A program made the translations under genes and the position numbers. The notes beneath the pieces were generated by a model. It worked only from the letters and a program-made list of their open reading frames with translations. It made no database searches and was not told the DNA's origin. 64,000 nt of DNA, from positions 118,199,515 to 118,263,514 of the forward strand of contig NC_068985.1 of assembly GCF_001194135.2 (NCBI RefSeq). Direction: 5' to 3'. The stretch's first letter is position 1. The number at the start of each line of letters is the position of its first letter. This document shows, piece after piece, positions 1 through 13,046 of the stretch. The DNA comes from Octopus bimaculoides (taxonomy: Eukaryota).

Positions 1-44
<44 letters not shown>

Positions 45-1778
45 TCCACTAATTTTGTGTCAAGTTTGGTGTTTCTTTTTCTTTTAGAAAAAAATTAGTT
101 ATGTTTTCGTAGGCGTAATTTAATGTAATTGAATATTCTTCATAAGATGTCATTGCTCGCATGTATTTCGCAATTTTAACATCAGATCGTAATGCTTTTG
201 TTGTTAAAAGTATAGATTTAATTATATAACAGACCTTTTCGGTGTTGTATCCGACACAGAAAGCTGCAGAAGCTGCAGTTTATGCTTACCTTGCACTCTA
301 TTTCCCAGTTGTATCTATTTATCTATTTATCTATATATCTGTTCTTCTTGAAATTCGGTTGTTCTTTAGCCATTTCCTTCCGTTTATTAGCGATGAAGAA
401 TATTCCAAATTCCATTCTGTAATTTAGTTTGCACGATTGGATCATAAACTATTATTATAACCTGTGTGTATATGTGTGTGCACGCGCGTGTATATTGTCG
501 GCTGTGTGTATGTGTGCGCGTACACATGTATATATACATGCAATCATAATCGAGTAATTGTTTCTGATCCTTCATTGTCTTTTATGTGTGTGTGTGTGTA
601 TTTAGCAATAAGAAAATGGAGGGGAATATGTGGTACTCATCAACTTGCAGACNNNNNNNNNNTTCATCCTTTCGGGGTCGATAAATTAAGTACCAGTTGC
701 GTCCTGGGGTCGGTCTAAGCGACTGGCTCCCTCCCCCAAATTTTCGGGCCTTGTGCCTAGAGTAGAAAAGAAAATAGGTTCGATATCCCTAAATACGTAG
801 AACTGTATTAAGTCTGGTGTAGAAATTGATGCGTAAAACTGCATTTTCTTTTGAACTAAGGAAGTTGTTTAGTTAGTGGGCATGAGTCAGGGCTGAATTA
901 AAACTAATTGAGTCCCTAAGCACTTAAATTTGGGTGCTCCCATATATATGTAATTCAAGATATAAGCAATAATATAAACATAACTAATTTTTTTCTAATA
1001 TAAAAAAAAGCTAACTTAATAACACAAGAAAACACTAGGGAACGAGCTTACTTCACTGGCGGTGCCCTAGCATGGCCATAACCTTAGGGGTGAAGCACAT
1101 AACAGAATAAATAGTAAGCCATAAAATAAATTTGTTTCAAAATGAAACAAAACTAACAGTAAGATGGAAAATAATGTTTATTTTTGTATACTTCCACTTT
1201 TTTTTTTTCATATTTGAAAAGTTTTCTGCTTTTTTTTTTAGTTGCAAAGTATTTGATCAGTACCTCAAAATTAATCTTACGTAACACATATGCTTCTATA
1301 CTTAGTAGAGATAAGGCATTCCGAATATTATTTTAGCAAGTTTTAAGTGATTTCTTTTGTGCCATTTATCATTTCTGTGGTGCCACCCCCACACTTGATG
1401 ACCTAAACACGTGCTTATTTTGCTTAATGGTTAATCCAGTGCTGATGTGAGTTTTTAGTCCTTGATTCAGCCAATATGTACTCCAGTTGAAGCAGAACGA
1501 GCAAGCGACATTACAATTAAGAAAATTCCCCTGGTATAGACGACGGATGAAAACAGTGTACCTCCTTGTGAATTTAATGAAGAGCTGGATTAGAAATTCT
1601 GACACATTTACCGAAAACGGCAGTCATCTGAAGAAGGCAGGAGAGTACAACGTGCGAAATAATATAACCATGCTGAGAGGATACTAGTCCAAATATTTTT
1701 AGCCTTTAATAATCGTTTCTAATTTAGACATAAGAACAGTAGTCAAATGACTAAAACAAGTAAAAGAATAAAAGAAAA

Positions 1779-1981
1779 CTTCATATTTGTTCAATATACA
1801 TTGCATTAGAAGTATTACATGATTTTTGTTTCACTCCTGTGTCCGGACGTTGAGATTTAGTGCTCGGGTTGTGTAGGGCTGACCGTGTGAATTTTCCGAG
1901 CCCTCCCCATCCACCCCCGTTTGCCAGCGCGCATTTTTTCCTTCATATTTGTTCAATATACATTGCATTAGAAGTATTACA
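1779..1981 (+). repeat. Exact 41-bp direct repeat (1779-1819 and 1941-1981) flanking a 121-bp GC-richer segment
   Basis: cttcatatttgttcaatatacattgcattagaagtattaca occurs twice. Confidence 0.9.
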
Positions 1982-2035
1982 GATGGACTATATGTAATCT
2001 GAACCTTTCCCCCCTTGTTTTATTATTTTTTTTTA

Positions 2036-2343
2036 CGGAATCCCACTTTTTAGGCTATGGAGATTCCGATTCTGAAAAAAGATTTTCAAAAATCTCAATT
2101 TCAAAATTTCGATTCCTCCCCCCGGTTTTTATATAGATCCATAGGGTAAACCTAACCCTAACTCAAACCCTAGCCCTAACCCTAACCCTGACCCTAACCC
2201 TAAACCTAACCCTAACACTAGTTTTGTGAGATTTGGCTGTTATTTCTAGCATGTAAATAGCCTGCTTGGTGGGGGGGGGTTGAAATCTTTCAAAAATTTT
2301 TTTTTCAGAATCGGAATCTCCATAGCCTAAAACGTGGGATTCC
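2036..2343. mobile_element. Non-autonomous TIR element (MITE) with an internal (TAACCC)n telomere-type array
   Basis: ggaatcccactttttaggctatggagattccgattctgaaaaaa (2037-2080) is the reverse complement of 2300-2343 with 1 mismatch in 44. TA precedes the left end. The right terminus runs into the N gap. Confidence 0.8.
2150..2217 (-). repeat. Interstitial degenerate (TTAGGG)n array, about 11 units
   Basis: The + strand reads aacctaaccctaactcaaaccctagccctaaccctaaccctgaccctaaccctaaacctaaccctaac. Confidence 0.9.
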
Positions 2344-3702
2344 NNNNNNNNNNNNNNNNNNNNNNNNNNNNNNNNNNNNNNNNNNNNNNNNNNNNNNNNN
2401 NNNNNNNNNNNNNNNNNNNNNNNNNNNNNNNNNNNNNNNNNNNNNNNNNNNNNNNNNNNNNNNNNNNNNNNNNNNNNNNNNNNNNNNNNNNNNNNNNNNN
2501 NNNNNNNNNNNNNNNNNNNNNNNNNNNNNNNNNNNNNNNNNNNNNNNNNNNNNNNNNNNNNNNNNNNNNNNNNNNNNNNNNNNNNNNNNNNNNNNNNNNN
2601 NNNNCGGTGCACTTCAACTACTACACTATTTTTTTTTCAATTTTTCCACCGGGTGCGGATCTATATTCAAATCTTTTGTTCTCTCGCAGACTAAGATCCA
2701 AGTGCTCGGGGCGGGAGTCATTCTCATTTCTGTTTGGTACCTGATTGAGGCTGTTGTTTAGTCTTGGGTCAGTCCAGATTGAACAGGCATATAATCAAAG
2801 ACGCCCCAGGTATAACCAAATCATCTGGGTTTTTTTTTTTTTAAATCGAACATCAACAATCTAGGACAGTGATAGATAGACATTAAGTGAGCTGAGGAAG
2901 GTTTGACTGCTATTTCTAGCATGTAGAGTGACCACGTAGAGGTTGCTTCGTTGCCTTGTAATTTCGAATTTTTGTCTCAAAAGGTGAAAATGTACAATTG
3001 CATCGAATTTATTTTGTTAATGGAAACGTGTACCCATTTACTTTTCTAAGCTATTCTTACTGAATAAAGTAAAGTATAAAAAGAAAAGATTTATGAAATT
3101 TTTTATGCATAGCTTTATTATACGTAGGTTGCGAAGTTTGTTCATATGCTAAATATTCTCTCTCTATATTTGTAACTTTTGTATTTTTAAATAAAATCAG
3201 CGATTGTCTAAATTAGTTATAAACGTACTTAAAACAGCCACATGTTTGATAGCATTTATTTACAGTTATTTAATTTATTCTCTGCAATCGCTTGCAATTG
3301 CTGTATGAATTTTTATTTCTATCTATCTGCAATCGGTTTCAATTGTTGCATTAATTTCTATTTCAATCTACGTTTGTTTTTCAAGTTTCCAACATTTTAC
3401 CGTAACATTATTTTTAACTCGTTTAAAAAAAAAAAAAAAAAACACAAACAAACGAAAATGCCCAGAATAAATAAATATAAATTCGCGGTAGATTTTTCAT
3501 TCACTCATTTTACACTACGCTGACAGTTAAAATTTATTAGCACTTCCTTTTTTATTTGTCTGCCATTAGTCTCCTATACGGTTTAGCGCTTTAAAGGTGC
3601 GAAACCAATGGTCACTCCCTGACTGACCATGACAATCAACTTCCTATTCTAGACACACACTGTTGCTGACGCTCTATAACAGGGATACTTTTTTGGCAGC
3701 GA

Positions 3703-4260
3703 CTCTTTTACTTGTTTCAGTCATTTGACTGTGGCCATGCTGGAGCACCGCCTTTNNNNNNNNNNNNNNNNNNNNNNNNNNNNNNNNNNNNNNNNNNNNN
3801 NNNNNNNNNNNNNNNNNNNNNNNNNNNNNNNNNNNNNNNNNNNNNNNNNNNNNNNNNNNNNNNNNNNNNNNNNNNNNNNNNNNNNNNNNNNNNNNNNNNN
3901 NNNNNNNNNTAGTCGAAGAAATCGACCCCAGGACTTATTCTTTGTAAGCTGAGTACTTATTCTATCGGTCTCTTTTGCCGAACCGCTAAGTTACGGGGAC
4001 GTAAACACACCAGCATCGGTTGTCAAGCGATGTTGGGGGACAAACACAGACACACAAACTTATACACACACATACACATATATATATATATATACATACA
4101 TACGACGGGCTTCTTTCAGTTTCCGTCTACCAAATCCACTCACAAGGCTTTGGTCGGCTCGAGGCTATAGTAGGACACTTGCCCAAGGTGCCACGCAGTG
4201 GGACTGAACCCAGAACCATGTAGTTGGTAAGCAATCTACTTACCACACAGCCACTCCTGC
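3703..4260 (-). mobile_element. tRNA-derived SINE family A, young near-full copy spanning a gap
   Basis: The minus strand starts gcaggagtggctgtgtggtaag (A box) and has gggttcagtccc (B box), ccttgggcaagtgtc, a central (TA)/(TG) microsatellite and a shared 3' body. CpGs are retained. Confidence 0.85.
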
Positions 4261-5901
4261 GACATGGGATTTTTTTTTTTATATATATACTGATTATTTA
4301 AAGTATATTTTTGCTTGGGAGTCAGTTTGTAAATGGATGTAGATAAAATAAAATAAAAAAATTAATACCACATGTAAATCATTAAAGCATTTATCTGAAA
4401 GAAAAAGAATGGTGCTAAGGAACATGTGGATAGAAGAAGAACTCATCCATTGTGGGGCATCAGGAAAAAGACAATAGAAAAACTCTCTGTGTCTGCTGAT
4501 GCAAGCATAGAATATAAGTATTTGAATGTTTCTGTTGAGTTTTAAAATATTTTTGGATAAAATGAATTAGACAAGTATTTAAGTAAATATTAGGTGTGGT
4601 TGGGCTAGGTAGGTCCTGCTAGTGCCTATCCACACTGAGCAGTCATTCCAATTAAAGGATGGACTGTGTATGTACATAAACACACGATCAGTTTACATTA
4701 TTCTTACTGTACTTGGATAACGATATTTATCAATGCCAATTTTTTTTTTCTTTTACTAAAAAACATTGATCCCTATATACTAAAGTCTTCTTAAAAATAA
4801 TTTTTATATTTTAAAATATTTTCTGTCAGTTGTTTCATTATCACTTAATGCCCACTTTTCCATGCTTGCATGGGTTGGATGAAATTTTTTTGAGGCAGAT
4901 TTTCTATGGCAGGATGTGTTTTCAGTCGTCAGTCTTTCTCTGTTACTAAATAAAGTGATATTTTCCCCTAGTCAGGACACTTTTTCACAGTTTGTATAAT
5001 GGTGGCATTTGCTTACAATTAGCATGCAGTGTCAAATCAAAGAAGCACACATATATACATGTATGCATATATCATGGGCTTCTTTTCAGTTTCTGTATTT
5101 CAAATTCACTCACAATTCTTTGGTTGGCCTGGAGCTATAGTAGAAGACATTTGCCTATGGCGCTACGCAGTGGGACTGAATCCAAAAACCACATGGTTGC
5201 ATAGAAGACTTTTCAACCACTGAGCTATATCTTTGCCATTATGCTTTTTAAAAAGTGAATTCTAGATACTTGAAAGAACGTTAAATCCAAACTTTTTGCA
5301 TTTTGGAATGTTTATTGAACCAATAAAAAATATCAAAACCACCTATTTTAGATTCTGAAGGTTCTGTTAACATAAACAGAAACCTATGGGTTCTACCTCA
5401 GGAATCTTGGAGTTGGTACTTGTTTACATCTGATACTTGTATCATTCCATGGGAAAAAGATACAACCCCTCCCAACAGGTTGCTCGTCAATAGTAACTTT
5501 CTTGGAAGTTCTGTAACTTAGTCCTAACAACTTGTTAAACTGAGATGTATAGAATAGTGCTTCTCCTTGACAAACCCAAACTGCATCTCATCTAAATTAA
5601 CTCTCTCCCTAATTAGTTGGGCTATGACCCTCTCCATGACTATCATCACTTGATTGGATCAACGTAATAAACAACGTAATAAACCTATTTACATGTTCAT
5701 TTCATTTCATTACATTCGATGCAATGTATATCTTTGACTTGCTTTTCTCTTGGACAATATTAATGGTGGGGAGAAGAGAAACTATATATAGACAACTGCT
5801 ACTCTTCTTCCAACATTTTGCCCAGGTCTGCATTTAGAGGTGTAGATGCACGGTCAATTCAGACTGATGGTGATCTTAAATAGGAAGATGATTTGTAGTT
5901 G

Positions 5902-5975
5902 CATCATCATCATCATCGTTTAACGTCCGCTTTCCATGCTAGCATGGGTTGGACGATTTGACTGAGGACTGGTGA
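5902..5975 (-). mobile_element. Very short RTE-family 3' tail
   Basis: Near-identical reverse complement of 24531-24600. Confidence 0.8.
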
Positions 5976-6449
5976 TATTCAGTTGATACTAGTATTTTTA
6001 GTCATAATTGCTGGGTATTTGAGAAAGAAATGAATTGTTTTGTTGCTAATTGTAGTGTTATAAGTATTCATGCTTAATGTGATTAAGTTAATTATATCAA
6101 GGTATGTTTGAGTTTATACCATAACACTTCAGCTAATTGAATTTTCCAATAATTAAAATATATATCTCAATGGAACTGTTAAATTTTAGTACATTCAAAA
6201 TAACTGCTGCTTCTGCTTGGTGTTATGAAGAAAGACCATCCAGATATTTAAGCTTTTACTTTGACATACAAATTACAAGGTTATGTGGTTAAGAAGTTTA
6301 CTTCACTTTGCAATTATATAGTACTGTGTTTGATCTCACTATGTGGCAAGTTAGGCCTTGGTATAACCAAAGATTTGTCTGTGAAAAAGTATAGACAGAA
6401 ACTCTGTGGAAACCCATAGGATTAAGTGTTCTTGTCTTGGGTAAGACTT

Positions 6450-6905
6450 TAAACTGTATCATGGTGAGGCTCCAGCTGAAAGGTTTTGGGAAATATAGTG
6501 CTAACCTTTAGTCACCACCACCATACCTAGCTCTCCTCTGGCCCTAGGTGGTTGTACTTGTCAAGGGCTCCAATTATAGGCCAAACTTGCAGATGGTCTT
6601 ATGAGTAAACATATAGAGATTGGAGAATGGCTGGTCTCTAGATGTTGCACAAATCCACTAGTGTGTGGTCATGTCCTAATGTCATGTGAACCTGTCATTC
6701 TGCTTAATGTTTAAGTAGACCCTCTGTCTCAAGAGTAAGCTTCAGAGTGCTGTAGACTAGCAGAATAATATGTAAATAAATTAACAGAAGGTAATGGGAA
6801 GCCACTGTTGTATCTTTCCCAAGAAGATTGTAAATCTTCAGACTTTGGCATGGAAGTCCATAATTGTCAACATCTGTAGGCATGACACATGGAGAGAGAG
6901 AGAGA
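6450..6905 (+). mobile_element. Old interspersed repeat, about 450 bp, with an RTE/Bov-A-like 3' part
   Basis: Collinear diverged copy at 60962-61440. Contains gaaggtaatgggaagccact...agtccat...ggcatgac and a (GA)n tail. Confidence 0.65.
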
Positions 6906-7576
6906 ATTTTTTATTGTTAAAAACTACAACCTTACACTCAAGTAAATTTTAGTCATCCACTCTTGCAAGAATTTGGATAATATTTCTGTTCTGAAGATGN
7001 NNNNNNNNNNNNNNNNNNNNNNNNNNNNNNNNNNNNNNNNNNNNNNNNNNNNNNNNNNNNNNNNNNNNNNNNNNNNNNNNNNNNNNNNNNNNNNNNNNNN
7101 NNNNNNNNNNNNNNNNNNNNNNNNNNNNNNNNNNNNNNNNNNNNNNNNNNNNNNNNNNNNNNNNNNNNNNNNNNNNNNNNNNNNNNNNNNNNNNNNNNNN
7201 NNNNNNNNNNNNNNNNNNNNNNNNNNNNNNNNNNNNNNNNNNNNNNNNNNNNNNNNNNNNNNNNNNNNNNNNNNNNNNNNNNNNNNNNNNNNNNNNNNNN
7301 NNNNNNNNNNNNNNNNNNNNNNNNNNNNNNNNNNNNNNNNNNNNNNNNNNNNNNNNNNNNNNNNNNNNNNNNNNNNNNNNNNNNNNNNNNNNNNNNNNNN
7401 NNNNNNNNNNNNNNNNNNNNNNNNNNNNNNNNNNNNNNNNNNNNNNNNNNNNNNNNNNNNNNNNNNNNNNNNNNNNNNNNNNNNNNNNNNNNNNNNNNNN
7501 NNNNNNNNNNNNNNNNNNNNNNNNNNNNNNNNNNNNNNNNNNNNNNNNNNNNNNNNNNNNNNNNNNNNNNNNNNNG

Positions 7577-8480
7577 GAAGTGACAAAGGAGCATATTCAG
7601 CATATTTTGCTTTATGAGGTCAATAAAAGCAACAATGCAATGGAAAGTGCAAGGAATATTAATGCAGTACATGGGGATCAGACAATAAGCCAGTGTCAAT
7701 GGTGGTTCCAGAAATTCTGAGCCGGAAATTACAGCCTAGAAGATGAGCCTTGTCCTGGAAGATCTGTAGAGCTCAACAAGGACATCATGCAAACCCTAGT
7801 GGAACAAAATCCCATTATAATTGTTGAGGAACTAGCAGAGAAGCTTGGATTTGGTCATTCAACCATTCATCGACACCTGCATGCCATCGGAAAAGTCAGC
7901 AAATTGGGTCAATGGGTTCCTCACAAATTCTCTGAATCTAATTCTGCTCAGAGAGTGAATGTGTGCTCTTCTTTACCGCCACATCTCACAAATGAACCTG
8001 TTTTGGACCAAATATTGACTAGCGACGAGGAATGGATTTTCTATAAAAATGTCAAGCACTGAAGACAGTGAGTATGGAAAAGAGAAACACCAGCACTCCA
8101 GGCTAAAGAAGGTCTTCACTCATGTAAGGTATTGTTATCTGTTTGGTGGGATATGAAAGGTTTAGTCCACTTTGAACTTTTAAACCCAAACCAAATGATA
8201 ACAAAGGAGATCTACTGCAAGCAGCTTGGGTGGTTTAAGTCAGTGCTAGAAGAAAACGACCATCTTTGGCTTCAAGACAAAAGGGGTTCTTCCATCAGGA
8301 TAATGCTCAGCCACATACAGCAAGGATGACATTTCAAAGGTTAGAGCAGTTTGAATGCAAAGCAATGCCCACCCACCATATTCGCTGGACATTGCCCCAA
8401 GTAGGAGTGTACATACCCAAAAGGATGAATTCTATTACTTGATTGCATATTGTAAAGTCAGAAATGATGCCATTTCGACT
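7577..8480 (+). mobile_element. Decayed mariner (DD34D, Mos1/Hsmar1-like) transposase pseudogene
   Basis: Translation across stops and frameshifts gives HILLYE..., QWWFQKF*AGNYSLEDEPCPGR, HSTIHRHLHAIGKVSKLGQWVPHK, ILTSDEEWIFY, LLSVWWDMKG, FHQDNAQPH and HPPYSLDIAPS. The 5' end is in the gap. Confidence 0.93.
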
Positions 8481-10089
8481 GCCATGTATAGTAGATGGTG
8501 CAGAATGCACAGAATCACAGGATTCATACCATGAACACACACACACACACGCACACACACGTTCTCACTCACTCACTCACTCACTCGCATATGTATAAAT
8601 ATTAAGCTGAATGAAAAAAGAAAAAATCTACTTATTTGTATTACATGAGCAAAAACAAGCTTGTTGCTATATTTTAATGATTTATTTAAATAGGATAAAG
8701 TTGAATAGACTTTAGATTTTAAAAAATATTTACCAATTGGATGTAAGTTTTCAGTAGTATTAATGAGTTTTCCCCTTTCATCTCATACATATTTCGTAGG
8801 TTTTGGTCTTTCTATTACATTTCCAAAATAATTGTTCTATAGCGTAAGCCTTATAATGTGTAACACCATGACTAAAGTATCTACCACTGCTTACAAAAAA
8901 TACCATTTGCTTAACATTTGAATATACAATATATTACGGTAATGTATTTTGTCTCCCTACTGACATGGGAACTAAGCCTTTGAAGAATTGATTTCTAAAT
9001 GACTTAGTAGTAGCAGTTTTCTGATGTCAGCACATGTGAAAAAGGACACATCTGTATAAAATAAACTAGCATTTGTGGAGGAAAAGAAATACATTTTCCA
9101 TGATGAATGCAAACTGCATAGAACAGTAGTTCTTAACTTCTGTAGCTCAGTGCTCCCTTTCACTAAATGGCATTTTACATACATCCCTTTGACATGTTTT
9201 TTAAAAAAGAAAAAACAACCACAAAAATTCAGGTTATTTTGATACAAAAGATTATATACAGTGGTTTATTATCATGTTCTCATACTATTTCATCTGTTAT
9301 GTGTCTTTATATATATATATATATATTTAAACTAGTGCTCCCTCTGTTGAGTCTTTTATGGAAATTGCTGATGAAGGAAAAGACTCTCATAAAATTATAT
9401 TAAACCTTGGCACTCACTGATAGTACAATGATTTATATTCTAATCTTGACAAAGGTGTTTATATTTTTTTAATGTTTCAAATATAAGTATTGTATCTGAT
9501 TTAAGTATTTTATTTCCAAGGAAAATTACTAAGCAACCAGTGTTCCTATGTGAACTTACAACTTCCTTAGGGGATATTACCCCCTAAGCTTAGAAGAATG
9601 GCTACTCCAAAAGCAGACCATTTTTACTATGCTATGGTATAGTGGAAAGTTCTCAAAGTAAGGTTGTATTTGAAACCCTGCTTAATGTTAAAACTGGTGA
9701 CAATAGAAATTACATTGACAAAGAAACTCATTGCTACTCAATACATCATGATAAATTGCCATCATCAGTTGCATATGTCTGTTTTATATGGAGTAATGGG
9801 TTTGCTATGCTTCAGTTTTCTTTTACGTATCTTGATTCCTAGAGGTACCCATCACTACAGGCTCTAATATGCAGTGTTGACTCATAATGAAGCGTGTTCA
9901 ATGTAATTGTCTGAACTTCTCCACTGTCCAATCTATTTCTGTTTACCCATAGATTGTTTGCTTATTAGTCACAATTAACCACATTTTTGTTGCATCCTAA
10001 TGCAGTATTTGTAGTTAATGCTGTTGCAACTATTTTGCAACAGCAATATGTTTATTTTTATGTTTGAGTTGAGTTGAGTAAGAGAGAGT

Positions 10090-10360
10090 GTTTTAGGGTG
10101 CTGCTGACTGAGTGTTTGGATGTGAATTTTCATTTTGTGGGTTGAAATTTGCTGCAGTAACGGCTGCCTGGTCTTTCAATTTTAGTAGTATTGTGATATT
10201 GTGTAGTTGATCTGTGTGTAACTTGTGGTGATGCATGTGTTTTGTAGATTTTGTAGTTTATTTGGTTTGTTGTGGAGAGATTGAGGTAGGGCTTGTTATC
10301 ATCTACAGTGAATTTAATGCATTCTTTATACCTCATTGTTTATTCCTATGAAGTAAATGT
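10090..10360 (-). mobile_element. Second fragment of the same decayed LINE family
   Basis: Shares gctgcagtaac, ggtctttcaatttta and gtgg.gagattg.gg with 23715-23855. Translates as ...PYLNLSTTN.... Confidence 0.45.
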
Positions 10361-11489
10361 GATATCAGTGTGTTCTCCAAATATGTATTATTTTTGCTTT
10401 ATTTACTCTGTCCTCTTGTCTTCTGTGGATTTTGTAGAGATGTCATAAGTAAATTCTTTGATGTATCTTTGTGCATAAACTTTGGTTGAAATTTTTACAA
10501 CCGAATGTCCTTCCTAACTCTTAGATCTTTCTAAATAGTAGTAGTCACTGGACATTGTTATAGCATCATAGGGTTTCTGTTGTTCTGTTTGTGAGGCAGT
10601 TCTACAAACTGCATATAAACATGTGGTTTTGAAATATATACAATATTTGTTTTAGCTATTGCAGTATGTTAATTACTGCAATGTACTGCAGCAATAAATG
10701 TTACATAAAGTGGATTTCTGATAAATTATAGTTCAAATATATTGAAGGCAATGCTGCTATATGATGAAATGAGTCTTAAATTATTCCTGTGTGTACTTGT
10801 GTTATTCAAGCAATGCACAAAGAAATTAGGCTAAGTATAACAGATTAAATGCATATGTTTGAAACAGATGCATGTTTTTGTAGGTCTTCTTAAAGGTCTA
10901 ATTCAATGCTATGTTAACTATTAATATTAAAATATTTAAGATGTCTATATTTATGAGCACAAGTAATATATAAATATTGGTGTGAAGTTGCTTTGTGACC
11001 AAATGGTTATGAGTTCATTCTAACTTCACTGCTTCCTGGCTAAGTGTCTTTTGGTGTTGTCATGAGTTAGCTGAAATCATGTGAGTGGAATTTGATAGAC
11101 ACAAACTGTGTAGAGGCTTGTTTGTGTATATATGTATGTGTGTCTTTCATTACTGGTGTGTTCAGTTTCATGTCGTCATGTAAAAAAAAACACAAGAAAG
11201 TAACTTAGCTGTTTGATAAATAAATATTGATAAAATAAGTACCAAACTGAAATATATTCTGGTGCCAAATTATCTAATTTTTAAAGGGGATACCCCAACA
11301 TGGATTCAGTCTTATGACTGAAGCAAGTTAAAGCATATACAAAAGTTATTTTTAAATGTTCAGGTTTATATATATTCAAGTATACAGTAAGCATATACTA
11401 ATTTTTTGTCAGAGAACAATTTGCATGATAGACCATTAAATATTAAATTGGAATAATTGGTAAGGTGGTTGATTGGTTAATGTATAAAA

Positions 11490-13046
11490 ATTTTAATACA
11501 GATTGGGAGAGCTGTCTTTGGAGAAAGTAGTGTTTGTATGTGGAAGATGCACAAGAGCCATAAAAACTATAGACACTAAGAAATTAATTTTCTTCAAATG
11601 CCATGGAGGCTCTTTAGAGGTAGTAGATAATTTCTGCTACCTAGGGGACCTAATTAGTAGTAGGGGAGGATATATGGAAAGTGTAATTGTTAGAATAAGA
11701 ATAGAATGGAGAAAATTCAGAGAACTTTTGTCAGTGTTGCAAACTGAAGGTCTCTTTCTTTGAGTAAAAGGAAAATTGTATGATGCATGCATATGCATGA
11801 ACAGCAATACTGCGTGGTAGTGAAATGTGGGTCCTCAACGTAGAAGATATGTGAAGGCGAGAGAGGAATGAAACTAGTATGCTCTGCTGGATGTGCAATG
11901 TCAGTGTACATGTGTGACAGAGTGTGTATTGAGAGAAAAGTTAGGCATAAGAGGAATTAAATATATGCATGTAGACAATTGCATAAAGAAGTGCTCATCA
12001 TTTATAGTGGATGGAAGTAGGAGACCCAGGAAGACATAGGACAAAGTACTGAAGGCTGATTTCAAACACAGCCTTATGAAAGAGATGACTGAGGACCAAG
12101 ATATCTGGTACCTTGATGTACTCAAGAAGACCTGTCCACCATAGCAAGATTGATATCCTAAACCACTTTGGTTAATACTTGTCTGTTAGGAAATTTCTCC
12201 CACACCCATTTGCATCCATTCTGCCACATCAACCATCTCTACCGCCATCTTTCATCCCTTAACACTTATCACCTCTCTATCAACTGAGAGCAGAATAGGT
12301 ACACACCATTTCCACCTACTGTCTCCACCAACCACTTCTTTTATGTGCCTTCTCGATCCACATTGTTCTCCATCATTAACCTCTCACTTATCTGCTATCA
12401 CCTTCAGTGCCACCACATACCTACTGCAAACCCCACCTCTTAGCTTCTCCTACATCTCTCTCCATTTGTCACAATTACCTTTACCCTTCCTACCCACCCT
12501 GTCCAAAACTCTGTCTCACCCCACCTATTCTCCCCCCCCCCCAAGGCATCTCCTAACAATCTTTGCCACCATCTCTCTCACTATTGCTTTGTTATTTGAC
12601 CTACTGACTCACCCACTCTCTTTATCTTACATTTTAACCCACCCTCTTTTTCAACTGTAGTATTCATGTGTCTATTACTACTCCTCCCCTCAGTTGGAGG
12701 GGCTTTTGTCTTGCAAATTTCTCTGACCCTGTCAGTGATGGTGCCATGTAAAAAGCAGTGCTGGTGCCACATGAAAAGCACCAGTGATGGTGCCATGTAA
12801 AAAGCCCTGGGGATGGTGCCACACAATAAACACCCATGCTGCTGCCACATCAAAAACTCCCATGCTGGTGCCACATAAAAAGTGTCCACTACACTGTAAA
12901 GTGGTTGGCGTTAGGAAAGGCATCCGGCCATAGTAACCATGCCAAAACAGAAAATGGAGCCTGGTGTGGCTCTGATCTTGCCAGCTCCTATCAAACCACC
13001 CAACATGTGCCAGCATAGAAAATAGATGTTAAATGATAATGACGAT
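11490..13046 (+). mobile_element. Old 5'-truncated RTE-clade LINE (RT C-terminal part plus 3' UTR)
   Basis: GSLEVVDNFCYLGDLISS...RIRIEWRKFRELL...KGKLYDAC and GRPRKT* (GRPRKTW-like). These are followed by a CT-rich tract, a minisatellite and the ggcgttaggaa(g)ggcatcc 3' end with a degenerate (GAT)n tail. Confidence 0.85.
12735..12880 (+). repeat. Minisatellite of about 27 bp (tggtgccacataaaaagcacccatgc-like) in the RTE 3' UTR
   Basis: About 6 degenerate units, with a reverse-complement counterpart at 19315-19460. Confidence 0.75.

Noticed and set aside
2150-2217. True chromosome end or telomere
   Set aside because: The array is short, degenerate, internal and enclosed by TIRs.
3703-4260. tRNA genes
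   Set aside because: The A and B boxes belong to SINE heads that continue into repeat bodies. I could not form a full cloverleaf.
9521-9657. Possible non-coding NDST exon (ttccaag|...aaa|GTAAGG); also strong donors at 6102 and 60282
   Set aside because: These are isolated splice-like words with no other support and are expected by chance at this length.
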